From: Candidatus Eiseniibacteriota bacterium
GTDB lineage: Bacteria; Eisenbacteria; RBG-16-71-46; JABDJR01
Reading direction: 5' to 3'
NCBI GenBank assembly: GCA_963762255.1
Contig: CAVXKA010000002.1
Location: 64,001 to 128,000 of the forward strand
Length of the DNA: 64,000 nucleotides
Part shown: piece after piece, positions 59,591 to 64,000 of the stretch
Layout of the letters: every line of letters begins with the position of its first letter
How positions within the stretch are numbered: the stretch's first letter is position 1
Made by a program: the position numbers and the translations under genes
The notes under the pieces: generated by a model
What the model was told of the DNA's origin: nothing
The model's database searches: none
What the model saw: the letters and a program-made list of their open reading frames with translations, nothing else

Positions 59591-60664
59591 ATGAGCGCAT
59601 CGCCCGTCGACCGCGGCAAGATCCTGGCCGTGCTGCAAACCATCATCGACCCCGACCTGCATCGGGACATCGTGAGCCTCGGCTTCGTGAAAGACGTGCG
59701 CATCGAGGACGGCAAGGTGGGGGTGACCATCGAGCTCACCACGCCGGCCTGTCCGGTGAAGGGGGAGATGGAGCGAGCGGCCCGCGAGCGGATCGCCGCG
59801 CTCCCGGGGGTCACCGCGGTGGAGGTGAACATGACCTCCAAGGTAGTGCAGTCGCCCGCCGCGCTCGCCGGGGAGCTCCTTCCCGGGGTCCGCCACATGG
59901 TGGCGGTCGCCAGCGGCAAGGGAGGAGTGGGCAAGTCGACGGTGGCGGTGAACCTCGCGGTGGCACTCGCGGAGACCGGGGCCTCGGTGGGGCTCCTCGA
60001 CGCCGACATCTACGGTCCCTCGGTCCCGATCATGATGGGACTGCGCACGGCGCGGCCGGCGGTGCGCGACGGCAAGCTGCAGCCCCTGGAGCGGTTCGGC
60101 CTGAAGATGATGTCGGTGGGGTTCATCGCCGGCGAGGACACGCCGGTGATCTGGCGCGGCCCGCTAGTCGGCAAGCTGGTGACGCAGTTCCTCTCCGATG
60201 TGGATTGGGGGGAGCTCGATTACCTCGTGGTGGACCTTCCTCCGGGGACCGGCGACGCGCAGCTCACGCTGACCCAGGTCGCTCCGCTCGCCGGGGCGGT
60301 CATCGTCACGACGCCGCAGGACGTCGCTCTGGAGGACGTGCGCCGCGGGATCCGTATGTTCGAGACCGTGAACGTCCCCGTCCTGGGGATCATCGAGAAC
60401 ATGGCCTACTTCATTTGTTCGAACTGCGGGACCCGGCATGAAATCTTCCACCATGGCGGGGGAGCGGCGGCTGCGGCGACCTTTGAGGTCCCCTTCCTGG
60501 GAGAGATCCCCATCGATCCCGCGATCCGGGAGGGGGGTGACCGAGGGGTCCCCCTTGTGGTGGGGCACCCCGACTCCCCCCAGACCGCTGCCTTTCGCCA
60601 CGTGGCCGGGGAGTTGGCCCGCCAACTGTCCATCCTCGCCTTTCCCGGACAGCCCGACTCCTGA
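59591..60664 (+). CDS. apbC: Mrp/NBP35 (ApbC) Fe-S cluster carrier ATPase with N-terminal DUF59
   Basis: DPDLHRDIVSLG, LTTPACP, ASGKGGVGKST, DADIYGPS, WRGP, DLPPGTGD, TTPQ, ENM..F.C..C. Confidence 0.95.
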   Translation: MSASPVDRGKILAVLQTIIDPDLHRDIVSLGFVKDVRIEDGKVGVTIELTTPACPVKGEMERAARERIAALPGVTAVEVNMTSKVVQSPAALAGELLPGVRHMVAVASGKGGVGKSTVAVNLAVALAETGASVGLLDADIYGPSVPIMMGLRTARPAVRDGKLQPLERFGLKMMSVGFIAGEDTPVIWRGPLVGKLVTQFLSDVDWGELDYLVVDLPPGTGDAQLTLTQVAPLAGAVIVTTPQDVALEDVRRGIRMFETVNVPVLGIIENMAYFICSNCGTRHEIFHHGGGAAAAATFEVPFLGEIPIDPAIREGGDRGVPLVVGHPDSPQTAAFRHVAGELARQLSILAFPGQPDS

Positions 60665-60789
60665 AGTACTCGACAGCGCCTCGTATTTTGTGTAGGCTTG
60701 GAGCGATTTGGAACGGGACCGGACTTGGACCCCCTCAGGTCCGGCATCGCCCCTCGGTCCCTGGATCTAATCAGCAGGGGAGCCGGTCT

Positions 60790-61605
60790 TTGCCCAACAT
60801 CATAACTTCAAGCAAGAAGAAGACTTCAACGAAATCCGCTAAGGTCCCTCCGAAGCCCCGTCCGGCGGCGACGGCGGCCAAGCGACCTGTCGCATCGAAG
60901 TCGGCACCCAAGTTGGCGGCCAAGCCGGTGGCCAAGGCGTCGCAAAGCGTCCCCACCCGAGGCAAGCCCTCGGCGCCGGTCGCGCGATCCGCGGCACCGC
61001 AGGGCAAGGGCGCCCCCAAAGCCCCCGTGATCGCCCCGGCCCGGGAGAAGTCCCACCCTCCGGTGGCCCATGTGGAGGAGTTGCCCCTCCGCCAGACCGT
61101 CGAGCAGGCGCTGGCCTCCCTGCAGTACCGGGAGGGTCAGTTCGTAGTGCACCCCAAGTACGGACTCGGGCAGGTCGAACGGATCCTCGAGCGACGGTTG
61201 ACGACGCATACGGTCCCCTGCGTCGAGATCAGCTTCTCCTACCAGGGCATGCGGCTCACCATCCCGGTCGACCAGGTGGAGCGCTCCGGCCTCCGGCGAC
61301 CGATCGGCCGCCGAGAGATCGACGGGATCTTCAAGGTCCTCAAGGGGAGGGCCACCTTCGACGCCAAGCGGCGCTCGGCCAAACGGGTCGTGGACTACCG
61401 CAAGCGGCTCGGGCAGGGAGATCCCACGTCGCTGGCCGAGGCGGTGCGCGATCTCGGTCGCCTCTCGCTCAAGAAGTCCCTCTCCTACGAAGAGCGTAAG
61501 ATCCTCACTACCGCGCTCCGCATCCTGAGCCGCGAGGTTGCGCTCGCACGCAACCGCGAGCCGGACGAGGTCCGTCAGGAAATCGAGCGGATCGTCTACC
61601 GCTAG
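60790..61605 (+). CDS. CarD/CdnL-like transcription factor with a Lys/Ala/Pro-rich N-terminal extension
   Basis: TTG 60790 after GGGGAG; 'G..VVHP.YGLG.V', 'LTIPV......GLR', 'GD...LAE.VRDL', 'LSYEERK.L..A..IL..E'. Confidence 0.8.
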   Translation: MPNIITSSKKKTSTKSAKVPPKPRPAATAAKRPVASKSAPKLAAKPVAKASQSVPTRGKPSAPVARSAAPQGKGAPKAPVIAPAREKSHPPVAHVEELPLRQTVEQALASLQYREGQFVVHPKYGLGQVERILERRLTTHTVPCVEISFSYQGMRLTIPVDQVERSGLRRPIGRREIDGIFKVLKGRATFDAKRRSAKRVVDYRKRLGQGDPTSLAEAVRDLGRLSLKKSLSYEERKILTTALRILSREVALARNREPDEVRQEIERIVYR

Positions 61606-61614
61606 GCGGTGGCG

Positions 61615-62547
61615 ATGCGCACCGTGCCGCCCGCGAGCCTGGCCATCGTTCTTTCCATCGCCTCGCTCGTGGCGGCGCCTACCCCCCGCGCGTCTGCCTC
61701 GACTCCCGCCGAGTGCTCGGTGGTTCTCCTGGTCGGCGCGGATCATCGCGGGGAGTTGGCCCCCTGTCACTGTCCGGGACTCGAAGCGGGGAGTCTGGCG
61801 CTGCGGGCGGCGTTCCTGCGCACGGCCCGCCTCGGCGCGCGCTTCACGGTGGTCGCCGACGCAGGGGACTTCACGCCGCTTCCCGCCGACAGCGGGGATG
61901 TGACTCCGGCGTCCACCGTGGTCCAAGTTCTCGAGATGATCTCCTACGATGCGGTGGCCCTGGGCGAAGCCGAGCTGCTTCGGGGGCCGGAGTTCCTCGC
62001 CGAGGCCTCGCGGCGCCTCCCCCTGGTCTGCGCGAACGTGAAGCTGGCCGGCGAACTCGGCGCGCGCATCCCCGCCGTGCGCGTCATCGAGCGGGACAGT
62101 TGCCGCGTGGCCGTGACGGCCTACGTCGATCCGCTCCTCTACTACGAGTGGCCGCAAGCGTTTGAACGTCCGCCGGACAGCCTTCTGGTGACCGATCCCG
62201 CCGAGGCGCTCCGCCCGGTCCTGGCCAAGGCGCGTGCGGACGGACTACCGCTCGTGGTCCTCGCGCACGCCGACCAGGCTTCCGTCGCGGCGCTCTTCAG
62301 CGATCTTTCTCGGCCGGATGTCATCGTGGTCGGCCATGACCCGCAAGCGAGCCGGACCGCCACCCGCCGGGAGGACGCGATCTGGATCGATCCCAGTCCC
62401 CACTCGAGGAGCATCTCCCAACTCACGTTTCGCTCCGCGCGCGGGCAGCCGCCCGTCGTGGAAGCCTTCAGACTCCACGAGCTGAAGCAGGAGAGCCGCT
62501 GGGACGAGCGCATCGAGGAGCTCGTGCGGGCCGCCCAAGGCCGTTGA
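61615..62547 (+). CDS. Secreted 5'-nucleotidase/UshA-like N-terminal-domain protein with CxC motif
   Basis: Signal peptide; 'GELAPCHC', DAGDF, YDAVALGEAEL, VCANV, LAH, DVIVVGH. Confidence 0.65.
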   Translation: MRTVPPASLAIVLSIASLVAAPTPRASASTPAECSVVLLVGADHRGELAPCHCPGLEAGSLALRAAFLRTARLGARFTVVADAGDFTPLPADSGDVTPASTVVQVLEMISYDAVALGEAELLRGPEFLAEASRRLPLVCANVKLAGELGARIPAVRVIERDSCRVAVTAYVDPLLYYEWPQAFERPPDSLLVTDPAEALRPVLAKARADGLPLVVLAHADQASVAALFSDLSRPDVIVVGHDPQASRTATRREDAIWIDPSPHSRSISQLTFRSARGQPPVVEAFRLHELKQESRWDERIEELVRAAQGR

Positions 62548-62554
62548 GCGCGTC

Positions 62555-64000
62555 ATGACCCGCACCTGGGATCGGCACGCTCTCGACCCGCTCTTCGAGC
62601 GGGGACTCGCGATCGCCCCTTCCGCTCCCGGTTTCGATGCCTATCGGGACGACGTGGTTATGGAGGGGCACCCCGACGCGGTGGCGCGTCCCCGAAGCGA
62701 AGCGGAGATCGCGGAGATCCTGACCCACGCTCATGCCCACTCGGTGCCCGTCACCTTCGCCGGCGGACAGACGAGCCTCACCGGGGGAAGCGTGGCCATG
62801 GATGGCCTGCTCGTCGCTCTGGAGAAGATGGACCGGCTCGTGGACGTCGGGCGCGACCCGGAAACGGGGGGCATGGTCGCCGTCGCGGAGCCGGGGATTC
62901 TCCTCGGAGATTTTCAGCGTGCTCTGGAGGATCGGGGATGGTTCTACCCTCCCGATCCCACCAGTCGCGACGAGGCGCAGCTCGGCGCCACGGTGGCGAC
63001 CAACGCGACCGGCGAGGACACGCTTCTCTACGGACCGACGCGTCGCTGGGTGCGCGAGCTTCGCGTGGTCACGGCGGACGGCGCGGTTCGTAGCCTGCGC
63101 AGACCGCGCGACAGCCGCCCGCCGGAAGAGAAGGCTACCGCCGGCTACTATCCGGCGGAGCACGAGATCGACCTCCTGATCGGCAGCGAGGGAACCCTGG
63201 CCGCGGTCACCCGCGTTACCGTGGATCTCATCGCGCGCCCGCCGGGTTTCTTCTCCGGGCTCGCGTTCTTCCCGTCGCTGGCGAGCGCGCTGCGGTTCGT
63301 GGTTGCGGCCCGCCGAGACGCGGGTCTTGAGCCGAGAGCCCTGGAGCTGTTCGATCGCGCGGCTCTCGAGATCGCGCGGGACAACCCGGAAGGCATCGTC
63401 TGGCCGGACGCCACCGGCGCCGCCATCGCTTTCAAGCAGGAGTACCGCGATGCCGTGGAGCGGGACTCGCGGCTGGACGCGTGGCTGGGCTCCATCGAAA
63501 CCTCGCTGAAGCTCGATGCTGCACGGGCCATGGCCGACGCGGTGGTGGTGATGGACGACCCGGCCGCCCGGGGACGACTCCGTGCCTTCCGGCATCGCGT
63601 TCCGGCCACGCTCAACGAAAGGGTGGGGAAGTACCGGCAGGAAGGGGGAGGGAAGCTGGGCACGGATTGGTGGGTACCGTACCCTGAGATCCCGGAGTTC
63701 CTGGAGGGGTGGCGGCGACGGCTCGAGGTTGAGAAGATCGAGACCGTAATGTTCGGCCACATCGGCAACGGACACCCGCACGTGAACTTTCTTCCACGCG
63801 ATGCGGACGAGAAGGAGCGGGTGCATGGTCTCCTCCTGGAGATGTGCCGCGGGGCGGTAGCGCTGGGAGGCGGGGTGGCGGGCGAGCATGGCCTGGGCAA
63901 GCTGAAGCGCGGTCTTCTGGCCGTGCAGTATCCCGAGGTCCGGATCGCGGCCATGCGCGAGATCAAGCGCCGGTGGGATCCGCACTGGATTCTGGGCCGG
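62555..64000 (+). CDS. FAD-binding oxidoreductase (GlcD/D-lactate dehydrogenase family), 3' truncated
   Basis: Read directly from ATG 62555: PDAVARP, GGQTSLTGGSV, FYPPDPTS, LIGSEGTL, FGHIGNGHPHVN, GEHGLGKLK, WDPHWILGR. Absent from the ORF track because there is no stop in the window. Confidence 0.9.
   Translation, partial: MTRTWDRHALDPLFERGLAIAPSAPGFDAYRDDVVMEGHPDAVARPRSEAEIAEILTHAHAHSVPVTFAGGQTSLTGGSVAMDGLLVALEKMDRLVDVGRDPETGGMVAVAEPGILLGDFQRALEDRGWFYPPDPTSRDEAQLGATVATNATGEDTLLYGPTRRWVRELRVVTADGAVRSLRRPRDSRPPEEKATAGYYPAEHEIDLLIGSEGTLAAVTRVTVDLIARPPGFFSGLAFFPSLASALRFVVAARRDAGLEPRALELFDRAALEIARDNPEGIVWPDATGAAIAFKQEYRDAVERDSRLDAWLGSIETSLKLDAARAMADAVVVMDDPAARGRLRAFRHRVPATLNERVGKYRQEGGGKLGTDWWVPYPEIPEFLEGWRRRLEVEKIETVMFGHIGNGHPHVNFLPRDADEKERVHGLLLEMCRGAVALGGGVAGEHGLGKLKRGLLAVQYPEVRIAAMREIKRRWDPHWILGR

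Overview
A gene-dense, visibly high-GC bacterial chromosome segment. The C-terminal sorting-type tails suggest an FCB-related candidate lineage such as Eisenbacteria, Krumholzibacteriota or Latescibacterota (inference). Contents in order: (1) the tail of an FN3/FlgD-CTD secreted protein; (2) an exosortase locus with xrt/epsH, epsI, a DUF3473 deacetylase, a TPR lipoprotein, a PrsK/PrsR-like two-component pair, surface proteins and a priming sugar transferase; (3) a beta-barrel/TPR/S55-peptidase/beta-propeller operon running into asd-dapB and two GT4s; (4) an MltD-like transglycosylase and an M48-GldA/F/G-DUF4340 ABC operon, followed by cutA, a DUF62 enzyme and an MBL hydrolase; (5) AI-2E, folC and proS; (6) GT-C membrane glycosyltransferases (three in the window, two TPR-fused); (7) larE, aroDE, trpEFBA, aroF and an atypical kinase; (8) glutaryl-CoA dehydrogenase, NYN, Mrp, CarD-like and a truncated FAD oxidoreductase. 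asd and folC each carry a frameshift, probably a sequencing artefact. I saw no tRNA, rRNA, CRISPR array or mobile element. The top leads are a shared short C-terminal 'TP-x4-TWG-x-[LV]-K' tail on two unrelated secreted proteins (a candidate uncharacterised sorting signal), a switch-like structured leader upstream of one of them, and a non-canonical kinase. All calls come from motif recognition by eye; no searches were run.
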